From Podarcis erhardii (Eukaryota): a stretch of 64,000 nucleotides of DNA. The notes below the pieces were generated by a model. That model was not told where the DNA came from and did no database searches. It saw nothing but the letters and a program-made list of their open reading frames with translations. Within the stretch, counting starts at the first letter, position 1; the number at the start of each line of letters is the position of its first letter. Made by a program: the position numbers and the translations under genes. The stretch lies in NCBI GenBank assembly GCA_964252035.1, contig OZ176200.1; one strand, given 5' to 3'. Shown piece after piece: positions 42,086-55,695 of the stretch.

Positions 42086-43362
42086 CTCTGACCACCATAG
42101 TTTAAATTCAGCCTCCATTGCTTCATTTGTTATTTCCTTGTCTCTTCCTTTCCTCTCCAGCGCAAGTTCCTGAAGTAGCTGAGACTCAGAACGCCCTGGC
42201 CTTTCAAAGCAGTAACTGAAATAATTGGTTACATAAAGTGAATTAAGTCACAGCTGACTAGTGAAGAGTTCAACTTACAGAAGAGGAACTTCAACAGACA
42301 GAATGGGGCCACTGTATGACCTGAACAGAGAGTGCAGCCTGTAGGACTGGGATGCTTTCAGCACTACCAATAGAGCACTAAAACACCAACTCATAAATAT
42401 TGCTAGCTTCAGTGTGCAAAAGTATCTCACACTACTTTTGCAGCCTGAACCTAGGCATGTGGTGCAACAAACAGATTACAACAGGGAACAGTTCCATTAC
42501 TTTTTGTAACAGCCCTATAAAAGGCCTGCAGGGGGTGGAAGGGGCTATAATTGGGGTGGAGGAGTCAGCAAGTGCCATTTGCAAGATCACATTAAGGGCC
42601 TTTGAGCATTACATTCATTTGCATGGGATTGCAGCCTTGATTATTCTGGACTGAGTCTCTCAACACCAAGGGGTTATTCTCATTGTAACTCCATGAGCAG
42701 GTTGATGGACTTCTCTGTAAAAGCAAAAGCAAAATAAAGTCCAGATCTAAGAAGAGTCCAATGCCATTAGTATGTTACATACTTACAGATCTTCACAATG
42801 GTCGTGGCACCAACTGAAATAAACGCTGGATTGCACCAATTTAGTTTTATGACTGCCAAACATACGGCAAGGAGTAACACCAGTATCCTGTGACAATCAC
42901 TAATTAGAAGGCGTGTTTGTTTTTAAATGTGTGTGCTCGCTGGCGTATGCTAAAAGCAAATCTTGCTGAGGTAACAATTAGTTGTGTTTCTGACATTGTC
43001 TATGAAATACATGGCCTGGCTGATCCGCTGGGATCCCTTCCAGATCTGGTTCTGTGACTAGGGCCCTCATTGTGAATTATTCTGAGACAAGACCCCTTAA
43101 GGCCTGACCATAGACAATGGATAGCCCAGGACAGGGTGGTCCAGCCTCTCAGGCTAAGTGGACTGCAAGAGTACTTCAACACAGAACCCACAGGCCACAC
43201 GCTGAATTTCTATATCATTGACTAAATTGTTTGCAATATAGTTAATATTATTTAATACAAAGTTAATATATTTAATTAAATAAATATGATTAAATACACA
43301 ATTAATGCAATTAATACATTTATTTACTAAACAAATCAAATACACAAGCTCAGGTGAGTCCC

Positions 43363-43414
<52 letters not shown>
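43363..43414. repeat. (GATA)n microsatellite
   Basis: Direct inspection. Confidence 0.97.
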
Positions 43415-43759
43415 GCACAGCATGGAAATGTAGGAGAACCTGGGGCCAGGGTGTGTGTGAGAATCTGACCCCTGAAATCCCATCCAGGGAAGATCCAAGT
43501 GCACAGAACAGGAGTCACATCGGCCCTCAAGCAATCCTCGTCACGTCCCCATCCCTCCCATGCAGCTGCAGCTGACTATCCCTCTTCTTGTACATCCTGA
43601 AGGTGAGGGAGGGAAGAGGCAGAAAGTCACAGATTCAAGGTCCCCTTTCCTTATCTGTGTGTTTGTTTTGGGTGTGAGAGATGTTAGAGGTGGAGGAAAT
43701 AATAATGCACAACACCCAGCTTTATATGTCTTCTTTGAGACTCCAACCACTTTTGGGTA

Positions 43760-44108
43760 AAGGTAAAAGGACCCCTGACCATTAGGTCCAGTCATGACCA
43801 ACTCTGGGGTTGGGGCGCTCATCTCGCTTTATTGGCCGAGGAAGCTGGCATACAGCTTCTGGGTCATGTGGCCAGCATGACTAAGCCACTTCTGGCGAAC
43901 CAGAGCAGTGCATGGAAACGCCATTTACTTCCCGCCGGAGTGGTACCTATTTATCTACTTGTACTTTGATGTGCTTTTAAACTGCTAGGTTGGCAGGAGC
44001 AGGGACCGAGCAATGGGAGCTCACCCCGTCGCGGGGATTCGAATCGCCGACCTTCTGATCGGCAAGTCCTAGGCTCTGTGGTTTAACCCACAGCGCCACC
44101 CACGTCCC
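43760..44108 (-). mobile_element. Full-length Sauria-type SINE
   Basis: A box GGCGCTGTGG, B box GGTTCGAATCC, taaaggtaaa tail. Flanked by direct repeat (cc)acttttgggta. Confidence 0.92.
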
Positions 44109-44985
44109 ACTTTTGGGTAGGGAGGTGCAATAGTAACATTGCCAGCAGCGTGTTCTAGGGCTATGATTTTTACAACAAATCACAGCGTATAGCTTTTCAT
44201 TTGGACTGTTGCTGCATCACAGCACCATTAAAATCTCATGCGTTTTTTCCCTGAAAGGACTTTGGCAAAATGACCCTGTTTGCTCCCAGCAGAGGTATTT
44301 CTATCTGACAGCTTTCAAAGATATTTTGATTTGCCCCATCAACTCCTGGCTTTCTAAAGCATTCAGCAACCCCACCCCTCCATTCCCATTTGCCATCACT
44401 CACACAGTACTTCTCTTCCCTGTGGCAAGTGCACAGCCGAGACTCTTAAGGAAACACAATGAATAGGAAAAGGCTTCTTTCTTATTGCCAATTGCTCCCC
44501 TATTGACTCCCAGGCCTAAAGGCAGCTTCTTCTTCTCCACTAGTTCTTTTGTAGCAGCTAGGAAGACAGTCTATGCAGCTCTTCATGTTCTAAACATTTG
44601 CTTTGTAAACATGCATGTGTTGTTGTTTTTTATGTACCAAGGAGAAGACATGGAAGCATCTGGAACCAGAAGGCAGAAGTCAACTGCCTACAGAGCTGCC
44701 GTTCATGACTCTGGTTTCTTTGGGATAGACCCACACCCTACTTACAAGCCAATAAAAGCCTCACAGGTCAACTAGAAGCTCCATGAATACACAGACCTTG
44801 GAACTTTAAGGCCATCCTATGCACTGAAGAGATAGTAAAATAAAATTTAAAAATCCAACTTTCTACTACCTTGAAATCTGGAGCCAGTCACTTATTCGAG
44901 GCTCAAAGAAATCCCCCAGTTATGGGTTTCTGTTCAGATAATGAGTCTTTTCTAACAATGATGCATTACCTTGCTTCATATATTA

Positions 44986-45218
44986 CATGGGTAGGCAAAC
45001 TAAGGCCCGTGGGCCTGATGCGGCCCAATCACTTTCTAAATCTGGCCCACGGACGGTCCAGGAATCAGCGTGTTTTTACATGAGTAGAATGTGTGCTTTT
45101 ATTTAAAATGCATTTCTGGGTTATTTGTGGGGCACAGGAATTTGTTTTTTTCCTCTTCAAAATATAGTCTGGCCCACCACAAGGTCTGAGGGACAGTGAA
45201 AAAGTTTGCTGACCCCTG
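44986..45218 (+). mobile_element. hAT MITE family A
   Basis: catgggtaggcaaac...gtttgctgacccctg termini, same body as 45899-46150. No clean TSD. Confidence 0.8.
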
Positions 45219-45898
45219 ATTACCTTGCCATCAAAGTCCAACAGGTGAGAGGGGAGTCCAAGTGTATTGTGCCAATAATCTCAGATATATTCAAGTGAAT
45301 AAAGGGGGATTACCAGAATTCCAACATGACTGTATTTTCCACCTGAAAATAGCACTGGGGAAAGGAAAACTTAGGGGAAACACTGCACAAAAACAACAAC
45401 ACAGCACCATTTTTCATGGATAAATCAGACAACTTTTAATTCATTTCCCAATACTTGGTGAGATTATTAGCTTCACATACGGCAATATCACACCAGGATC
45501 AACTGAGCCACTCTGTTCTTGACAGTACTGTTACTTCATTTGTCACAAAATAAACACTGTACGGTAAAAACCTACGCTCCTGGGTATACCTTGGTTGGGC
45601 TGATATTAAATAATTCCACATTTACTCTAGAAACAGAGGAAGTTGTCTTATACTGAGGCTGGATCTAGACATGTCAAAGAAGCGATTCAGTTAAATGTGT
45701 TGCAAACTCATACAGGGGAATCTGGTAGGGAAAGATGGGACTCCACAGTGCCATCTGGTGTCACAGGGTTATATAACACTTTTTCTTTACCAATCTAGCT
45801 GAATCTAGAGTCAATTTCCATCCATTTTACTCAGTAGATGGCAGTGAATCTCCAGGCAACCCTACTTGGACCTATCCTGGGGAAAACATGTGCTATAC

Positions 45899-46150
45899 CA
45901 TGGGTAGGCAAACTAAGGCCCGTGGGCCTGATGCAGCCTAATCGCCTTCTAAATCCGGCCCGCAGACAGTCCGGGAGTCAGCATGTTTTTACATAAGTAA
46001 AATGTGTCCTTTTATTTAAAATGCATCTCTGGGTTATTTGTGGGGCATAGGAATTTGTTCATTTCCCCCCCTCCAAAATATAGTCCGGCCCCCCACAAGG
46101 TCTGAGGGACAGTGGACTGGCCCCTTGCTGAAAAAGTTTGCTGACCCCTG
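45899..46150 (+). mobile_element. hAT MITE family A, full length
   Basis: Imperfect TIRs, 8-bp TSD tgctatac/ttctatac (7/8). Confidence 0.88.
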
Positions 46151-46193
46151 TTCTATACCATGGAGCCATGACTTTTTATTCCCCTCACTCTTA

Positions 46194-46946
46194 TTTATTT
46201 ATTTTTTTGTATAATATTTTATTGAGTTTTACACAAAAAAGCATAAAAAAGCAAACATTACAAAAGAAAAAAAAGAAAGAAGATCGTAAACAAAAATAGA
46301 AAAGAAAAAGAGAATTTTAGCATATATAAAAAAAACTCACTTTCCAATTATAACCTTCAAAACCTTATTTTCCTTACTTCCACCCGCCTCCCGATCTTGT
46401 ATTCTATGTAGTAATTAGTTCAGCAAGATCATTCTTATTCATTTTCATTCTTAGTCCCTCCCTTTGTACTCTTATTTAACTTAGTCACTAGAACCCTTTC
46501 TTTTCCTTTTCAATGTCCTCAACATTCAAAAATTTTACAGTGTTTTTGTAGGTAGACTTTAAACTTCTTCCAGTCCTCTTCCACCTGCTCTTCTCCTTGA
46601 TCTCGAATTCTGCTGGTCATTTCAGCCAGTTCCATATAGTCTATTACTTGCACCTGCCATTCTTCCAAGGTGGGTAGATCTTGCGTCTTCCAATGCTTTG
46701 CAATGAGTACTCTTGCTGCTGCTGTAGCATACATAAAAAAGGTTCTGTCCTTCTTTGGCACCAATTGGCCGACCATACCCAGGAGAAAGGCCTCTGGTTT
46801 CTTCAAGAAGGTATACTTAAATACCTTTTTCAGTTCATTATATATCATCTCCCAGAACGCCTTAATCCTTGGGCACATCCACCAAAGGTGAAAGAATGTC
46901 CCTTCAGTTTCTTTACATTTCCAACATTTATTATCGGGCAAATGGT
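46194..46946 (-). mobile_element. 5'-truncated L1-clade LINE: ORF2 C-terminus, 3' UTR and A-rich tail
   Basis: ORF 46519-46941 has the L1 zinc knuckle CWKC..HLWWMC and ..W..F..YL end. 10-bp TSD ctcactctta at 46184-93 and 46947-56. Confidence 0.92.
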
Positions 46947-47266
46947 CTCACTCTTAGATGCTATAAATGATTTGCCCATGTCCCCCATTCCAGATGTTAA
47001 AACTGAAAATGAATGCATGTCTTTTCATAAGTGCCACAATTCAGGAGATGGTTACATCACTTGGTTTCCTTTGCCATTAGGCAATAAGCCAAAGGAAAGT
47101 GGAATCAAAACGGTGAAACTGTTGCAGAACCTAAGTTCCCAAATAGAGGTGTGTGCGTGCGTGCGTGCACATGTCATTCATGTAATCTGAAAACTAAACC
47201 AGACCAAACAAAGAATGTCTCAAATATTAATGGTCCAGGTTAGATTTCAGGACCATGTGTGGTGTA

Positions 47267-47500
47267 GGGAGCCAGGGTGGTGTAGTGGTTAAAAGCGGTG
47301 GACTCGTAATCTGGTGAACCGGGTTCGCGTCTCCGCTCCTCCACATGCAGCTGCTGGGTGACCTTGGGCCAGTCACACTTCTCAGAAGTCTCTCAGCCCC
47401 ACTCACCTCACAGAGTGTTTGTTGTGGGGGAGGAAGGGAAAGGAGAATGTTAGCCGCTTTGAGACTCCTTAAGGGGAGTGATAAAGCAGGATATCAAATC
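47267..47500 (+). mobile_element. MIR/Ther1-related tRNA SINE (Squam3-like), young
   Basis: A box TGGTGTAGTGG, B-box-like GGTTCGCGTC, CpGs retained, (ctc)n tail. Confidence 0.85.
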
Positions 47501-48454
47501 CTCCTCCTCTTCCTCCTCCTCCTCTACTTTATATGCAGCAACTCCCACCTTCACTTCCTTGTTCACAGTAACCGCACTTTGGCATGACCTTGAAACTACT
47601 TTGTGTTTTGTGACTTGCCCTGAGATATTGTGACAAAGGGGCAGCCTACAAAAACAAACAAACAAACAAACAAACAAACTAGGTAAACTGGGGTAATCAC
47701 GGACCACAGCTGACCTTCAAACCAGAACCCAGTTCAAAGCTTGCTTTCTAATTAGGGTTAGCGGTAATCACAGTTACTGCAAACCAGGAAACATAAGAGG
47801 GAATGGCTGTGGGCGGAGGGAGGAGAAAGGAGGGGCAAACAGCATTCAAGCAGGCCTGGGGCTCAGGATCCGAATGCTGAACAGACAAACAAAAGGATAT
47901 GGGGCGTATGAGAGTACAAAGGTAAATTTGCATTAATTGCTCCTCCTACTTTTGCCTCTGGCTCCGGCTACCACAAATGCAGCTCTCAGGTTGAAAAAGA
48001 TGCTCTCCCCCTGATGTATAATACCTTAGTAGACTGGACGCATATTCTATTTCAAGTAAGGATGAGCTTGGGGGGAAATAACATCTCACACAGGTGAGAA
48101 ACAATGGAAGGGAAGGGAAATCCCTCACAGGTATTGAGGTGACTGCGTTTCTTGGTTCTTATGGAACAACTCCATCTGTTATTTATTAGTTACTAATTCA
48201 CAGCTGGAACCAGCGTGGGGAAGTGGTCAGTGTGTCAGACTAGAGCCTGGACCAGTCCCTGCCTACCTTAGGGGCCGTTGTGGGGATTAAACAAGTAGAG
48301 GGGAAGAACCATGAGCTCTTGGGAGGAAAAGGTGTAAATGAAACAAAGTCTGTCTGGTGGCAATTGCATTGTTACCAAGGGCCACTAGAGGGAGCCCATG
48401 CTCCTCCAATACAATAACTTGATAGTAACTTGTGGCTGGGATTGACTTAATTCA

Positions 48455-48643
48455 GAATCACAGAATTGAGGAGTTGATAGGGACACTAAGGGTCATCTAG
48501 TCCAACCCCCTCAATGCAGAAATCTCAACTAAAGCATCCATGACAGGTGGATATACAACCGCTGCTTAAAAACCTGCAACGAAGGAGAGCCCACCGCCTT
48601 CCAATGTAGTCTGTTCCACTGTCAAACAGCTCTTATTTTCTTC
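48455..48643 (-). mobile_element. CR1 LINE 3' end
   Basis: agaatcacagaat..gtcatctagtccaacccc..ctgcttaaaaacc, reverse CR1 terminus. Confidence 0.8.
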
Positions 48644-48651
48644 CCCTAGAC

Positions 48652-48871
48652 CGGTGGTTCCCAACCTTTTCTTGGCCATGCTCCACCTAAGCATCTCTAA
48701 AATCCTGATTCCCGCCCCCCCCCCTGGTGACATATAATTCTTATTATTCAAAAAGTGAAGCCCTATTCATGTGGAGAAAGCCTAAAAGGCTTTCATGTGG
48801 AGAAAGCCTAAAAGACGATTAATAACTCATTTTTGAATTGCCCCTCTTAAAAATCAAATTGGGAACCATGG
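48652..48871. mobile_element. hAT MITE abutting a CR1 fragment
   Basis: TIRs cggtggttccc / gggaaccatgg, perfect TSD ccctagac, short internal tandem duplication near 48766-48811. Confidence 0.8.
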
Positions 48872-48994
48872 CCCTAGACCCTCCATTTTTATTTTTTACT
48901 TTTGTTAGATAAGGAAACAAGGAAACTATTGATGTTTGTGTCAGCAAGCTTTTTGGTCAGGCCTCCTTGCAGAACGTTGTACTGCACATGCTGT

Positions 48995-49170
48995 GTTAGT
49001 TCTAGGTATGAGCTTTCGTGTGCATGCACACTTCTTCAGAAGTGTGCATGCACACGAAAGCTCATACCTAGAACTAACTCAGTTGGTCTTTAAGGTGCTA
49101 CTGGAAAGAAAATTTTTTTTATTTTGTTTTGACCATGGCAGACCAACACGGCTACCTATCTGTAACTGCC
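48995..49170. mobile_element. Penelope-like element terminal (pLTR) relic with inverted duplication
   Basis: gtgtgcatgcacacgaaagctcat..gtctttaaggtgctac..gaccaacacggctacc resembles recalled reptile Penelope ends. Perfect 40-bp inverted repeat. Confidence 0.65.
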
Positions 49171-49384
49171 CATGCTGTGTATGCATTCCTAGCCACAGAC
49201 ACCAATAGCATTAGTGCAAGTTGAGGCCAGTGGTTGTGCAACTCAGCCACCACAATTGACCACTGGCTGCACACAAGCCACTAAAACTATTGAAAGGGCA
49301 TAATAAAAGGCATTTTTCACAGTCTTTGAGCAAAGTTTCTGTAAAAAGCCAGTGGCAATTACTTACATACTTATTTTTACATTT

Positions 49385-49571
49385 ATATACCACTTTTTTC
49401 TTCCAAGTAGCTCAAGGTGGTGTGACATGTTTCATCCTCACAACCATCCTGTGAGGTAGGTTAGGTTAAGAGATGGTGGCTGGCCTAGTGAGCTTCCCAG
49501 CTGAGTGGGGATCCAAACTCTGGTCTCCCAGGTCATAGGTCCAACACTCTAACCATTCACCATACTGGCTC
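49385..49571 (-). mobile_element. Old MIR-like SINE
   Basis: catcctcacaaccatcctgtgaggtagg core and degenerate tRNA head. Confidence 0.65.
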
Positions 49572-50778
49572 CATACAGGAATGGAATCCAGAATTTGGCC
49601 TGCCTTCGACTTCTTGCATGTGCAAATGAGTTTGACACACCAAGGAGACTTCTCCCCACTACCACACTTCTCTGTCTTCAAGAAAGAAAGAAATCCAGGA
49701 GGCATTTTAATGAATTAGCAGCACAACATTATGAAAAGAGATTTATGAAAGGGCAAAGTTATGTTACAACCATCTGCCTAGGCTGACTTGCCTGATAGCT
49801 GGTAGCTACTCCAAGGTGCTGGGATGTGCAGGCCTCACCGACAGCAGAGTGTGTTCAGATGCTAATACTGTGTGCTTATTGAGGAAAGCCAGGAGGGGAG
49901 GGAGCCACCTGAATTTGGGCAATAAATAAGAAGAGGTAAATTTTGCCGCTGGCTAACAAGAAGCTGCCTTGGGAAAGCTATACAGGTATCCTATTGTTTT
50001 AAAGAGCTTCAAAAGTGTAGCAATGTCTATCTGCCGCCGCCACCCTGCCCTGCTTGTGAATTTGTAAACAAACCCCATAAAAAGCCTGTTAAGTCCTCAG
50101 ACCTCTTGCCTTGCAAGAGAACCAACTCGGTGGAAAGCTGCCCTTGAAACGTCCTACCACTCTGAGGAAGTGGGAAGCACAAAAATGATATACGAGAAGC
50201 ATGTAGTTTTTGCAGCCAAAGCGGAATAAATACAGATAACTGTCTCCTAAGCGGCCACCCTATGCTAAGGGGAACTGCCTGCACAAAAGCTGAGGAGCGT
50301 TTTGGTCATACTTGCATATTCAACCAGAAACCCAAGGAAGCAGAATAGGAATATCATTCCTCTCACCACATTGAAAAAAAGACTCTCCTCTTGTGTAAAT
50401 GGAGGTCAAACTAGTCTCCTAGTCTGAAAGGTTTGGCCAAACATTCTTTAAGAGTAAGCTGTGGTTTTGATTTGAGGCAAACTATGGAGTATTGACAAAG
50501 CACATCTAACTTGGAGTCTCAGCTGATGGGACGGAGCAGCTGGCAGACAAGTCATAACATGCCTGGCAAAATGGCTCCTCTCCCCTCAGGAATGGCGGCA
50601 AACCATAACCTCCACCAATGGAGAGTGTTCTAGTCACCGCCCATCATTCCCTCAGAAAGAGCGCACTGCCAGCGGGCATCTCAATTCCGCCTCCTCATTG
50701 CAACAATTTGGTTTTTGGCCGAGTGGAATAGTGGCAAGCTGAGTTCAGACTCTCCCTCCCAAGAGAAGGAGCAAAAGT

Positions 50779-50933
50779 TCACTTTTTGTTGCCTGAGGAG
50801 GAGCTCTGGCGCGATAGCATGATCTGATAGATGGTCTCCCGGAAGTGCTGGTCCTGTGTCAGCCTCTTGGCCGCTTGCTTCAGGTCTTCTATGCTCTCGG
50901 CCTCCGAATACATGAACGACTGGGACTGCCGCA
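50779..50933 (-). CDS. PLEKHD1: PLEKHD1 terminal coding exon: LRQSQSFMYSEAESIEDLKQAAKRLTQDQHFRETIYQIMLSRQSSSSGNKK*
   Basis: ttttcag acceptor and TGA at 50781-50779. The ten exon pieces total 1116 nt, 372 codons including the stop, with no internal stop. Confidence 0.9.
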
Positions 50934-51062
50934 CTGAAAATGAAAACAGCACATAACACTTAGTGCTGGTAGAGAGCCACACCAGGCGAGGAATGGGGTT
51001 GTTGAATCTGGAAGCTATTATGATAAAGTTTGACCTAGGTGGTGTTTAGCAGAAATGACTGA

Positions 51063-51329
51063 GGGCTCGTCCACACAACTGCTCGTCCTGCCACTTTCCC
51101 CAGGGTAAACCTGCTGTTTACTGCTGAATCAGAACAAACATCAATCGGTTTTTCTGAAGACTGGCAAATTTGTTCCAATTCATTTGTAAGCAGTGGGTTT
51201 TCCCGGGGAAAGCAGTGGGACACACAAAAAACTGCTCAGACACATGCCTAGGAAGCCCAAGACAAGCAAAAAACCTCTTGGACTGATGCTTTCTAGGCAA
51301 GGGACAAGCGGAAGTGTGGCCTTGAGACC
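51063..51329. mobile_element. PIF/Harbinger-like MITE
   Basis: gggctcgtccacac ... gtgtgg termini, homologous to 54127-54378 and 31832-32023. Superfamily inferred from the TIR type. Confidence 0.55.
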
Positions 51330-51410
51330 TCATTGTATGCATATAATTCAGTGCAAAGGCCAAAGAAGAAAGGTCAACTCACTCAGCCACAGGGGCTCAC
51401 AGGCCCATCA

Positions 51411-51782
<372 letters not shown>

Positions 51783-51871
51783 TCAGTTCAGATAGATGTA
51801 GCATTTTGGAAAATCTCCTTGAGGAGATTCAGTTCCGGCTGACGAGGATCAACAGTAGGCTTCTGCTTTCA

Positions 51872-52117
<246 letters not shown>

Positions 52118-52168
52118 TCAACCAACCAATAAAAATAACCCAGGGAAAGAAACAAAACACCAAAAGAC

Positions 52169-52316
52169 NNNNNNNNNNNNNNNNNNNNNNNNNNNNNNNN
52201 NNNNNNNNNNNNNNNNNNNNNNNNNNNNNNNNNNNNNNNNNNNNNNNNNNNNNNNNNNNNNNNNNNNNNNNNNNNNNNNNNNNNNNNNNNNNNNNNNNNN
52301 NNNNNNNNNNNNNNNN
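52169..52316. other. Assembly gap (148 N) in a PLEKHD1 intron
   Basis: Run of N. The flanking exons join in frame, so no constitutive exon appears missing. Confidence 0.99.
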
Positions 52317-52385
52317 CATCTGGGAACTTGTATGCTGTGACCTACTTCAGGCATAATTTATTTAATTATGGTATGGATTGTATTA

Positions 52386-52615
52386 CAGTGGTACCTCAGG
52401 TTAAGTACTTAATTCGTTCCGGAGGTCCGTTCTTAACCTGAAGCACCACTTTAGCTAATGGGGCCTCCTGCTGCTGCACGATTTCTGGAGCACGATTTCT
52501 GTTCTCATCCTGAAGCAAAGTTCTTAACCCGAGGTACTATTTCTGGGTTGGGTTAGCGGAGTCTGTAACCTGAAGTTTATGTAACCTGAAGCATATGTAA
52601 CCCGAGGCACCACTG
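52386..52615 (+). mobile_element. Tigger-like MITE family C
   Basis: TA TSD and TIRs. Confidence 0.88.
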
Positions 52616-53362
52616 TATATAAGTTGTTCATCTAGGGTATGTATTTATCTATTTAAAATACGTTTTTTGGGCCATGCCAGTCAACATTCTGTGTGAAAGT
52701 ACTGGGAGGAATGCAATTGTGCCAGACCTTTGAGGAAAGAGGAGTGTCCTTCATAACGTTTGGTGCCTTGGGGTAGGTTACTTGGCTCCTAATGTATACC
52801 TTTCTTTTATATTGCTTTTATTGTGAAGTTCATGTGTTATGTGTGTAGGAATAGGCCATATAACTTTTTGAACAAAGAATATACCTTCAGCTGTTGGCAA
52901 CAGAGAGCGAAGGATAACGAGATTGTTTGCTGAGCCTAAAGCAGAAGCCAAATTGGTGTACAACTCTATGCTATCAGTAGGGATGGGTGAATCAGTCAAT
53001 TTCAGATTCTCTCAGTTTCTCATTTTTCCAATCTCAAGTTCAGTTATGCAGATTTCCACATTAGCTTGTGATATATATTTTCAAAAAGTCCTGATGAACA
53101 TTTATCAGCATTTAAGTACAAATTTCTACAATTTTGCCCAATATATGCATATTTGCAAAGCAATTCCCCCAAATATAATGCATTTTTAATGTCATTTTCA
53201 CTAATATATGCATTTTGCTTTGGCTCAATATATGCATTTTTGTCACATTACTTGGGATTGCAACATTCAGGAAAGTGTAACTTCTCTGAATGGCTCACAG
53301 GATGGCTGTGTTCCAGTTCTCGTATGGTTTGGGAAAGGGCAAATTAGGTAGAGTCCCCTTTA

Positions 53363-53761
<399 letters not shown>

Positions 53762-53887
53762 TCAAGGGAGGAATGAATACAAAAAGCCACAGATGCCAAG
53801 TCGCCCGCTTCTTTCAACCATCAACCAGGTTGCGAACAGGGAATCCTGCCTGTTTGGAAGACTCTCCTCCCTACCCCCCACCCCTCA

Positions 53888-54106
<219 letters not shown>

Positions 54107-54126
54107 TTACAATAATTCAAACAAAC

Positions 54127-54378
54127 TTTCTGTCCACACTTACTCTTTCCCTGCCACTCTCCCCTGGGGAAACCTGCTCTTTACCGCTGAATCGGGGCAA
54201 ACATCAATTGGGTTTTCCGTGGATGGATGTTTTCTCTGATTCAGCAGGAAAGAGCAGGTTTTCCTGGGGAAAGTGGCAGGGCATATGGAAAACCACTTGG
54301 ACCTGTGTCTAAAAAGCACAGGGCAAGCAGAGAACCTCTTGCTTGCTAGGAATGGGACAAGGCAAGTGTGGATGAGCC
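54127..54378. mobile_element. PIF/Harbinger-like MITE
   Basis: ..gtccacact ... agtgtggatgagcc, palindromic interior. Confidence 0.55.
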
Positions 54379-54855
54379 TTTAGTTGCAGTATGAAAAGTA
54401 GAGTTGCTATATTTCCCTTGATAGCAGTCCTTTAAGCACACCCTCGATAAATAGAAACTTTAAACACACCCTCGTTAAATAGAAACTTTGCAGCTTGACC
54501 CTTTCTCATCACTGCATCTCAGTAACAGAAGAAACTTGACCAGCATAATTTCTATCTCTCATTCAGCATTTAGGCAGGCAACCCTTGAGATTACATGGGA
54601 AATGAAAACTGGGTATTAATGTGTGAGTCACAAAATGTATTGCAAAAAGTCCAGGAGCCCATTGTACGATCTCCTAAAACATCCCTGCCATGAATAAGGG
54701 AATTGTGCTATAAGCAAAACATCTTTCCTTGAAGCCTTAAGATTTTAGTTCTTACTGTATAGATTAAAAACGCATTCTGAAATGATTCCCATGGAAAACA
54801 GTTGCTAGATCTTAAAGGCTGCCATCTGGAGAGAGGTGGAAAGTAAGACACCTAC

Positions 54856-54949
54856 TTCCAGGGTCTTCTGCAATGTCTCTGTCAGGTTTCGGAGTCCTTT
54901 CTTTTCCTCCTCCACTCCTTTGAGGGACTGGGCAGTCATCTCCAGCTCC
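54856..54949 (-). CDS. PLEKHD1: PLEKHD1 coding exon (about exon 8): ELEMTAQSLKGVEEEKKGLRNLTETLQKTLE
   Basis: 94 nt, cttccag acceptor and GTAGGT donor, phases fit. Confidence 0.92.
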
Positions 54950-55545
54950 CTGGAAGACAACCAGTTGGGGGAAGAAATTTTGATTCGTGCAGCCTTCGCC
55001 AACCTAGTGCCCTCCAAATGTTTGGGACTACAACTCCAATCAACCTTGGTCAGCACAGCTGGTGGGGGGGGGGGTCCTGGGCAGGCGGGCCCGGCTTTGC
55101 AAGAAACAGCCTTGCAAGTTGCATGTTCACCATGACAGCACTAAGGTAAGTATTACTAGAGTTTGGTAAATATTTTGCAGCTGTGTGCCGAAAGACAGCG
55201 TCTGGTAAAAATGCTGCTTGAAAGAATAGCAAAATTTAAGGCTTATTAACTTCAGATTAGGAAAGTCATTCTGAGCACAAGAAAAACCTGAAGGCCATAT
55301 CCAAAAGAGGAGCCCAAATTGCCAAAGGAGGAGAATACATGTATTGATATTATATGGAGGTCAATGTACAAGAACTAGGCCAGTGGGGGACACAAGGATA
55401 GTTAAGAAGCAATGGGATGTACCAGGAAATAAGGGCTTTCAGTGAGGGCTTGCTAAGGTGGCCATTCCCTCAAGATAATCACCCCTAGCTGCCAATGAAA
55501 GGACCCACTTTTTCACCAGGATGCTTCAGAGTTTAGGTACTATTA

Positions 55546-55695
<150 letters not shown>

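Noticed and set aside
42997-43545. Solo LTR with an AT-rich core and a CAG|GTGAGT donor
   Set aside because: One terminus is not TG..CA, there is no TSD and no second copy. Not supportable.
52169-52316. Exon hidden in the N gap
   Set aside because: Flanking exons join in frame (..ERDLK-AEVKV..), matching the recalled orthologue.
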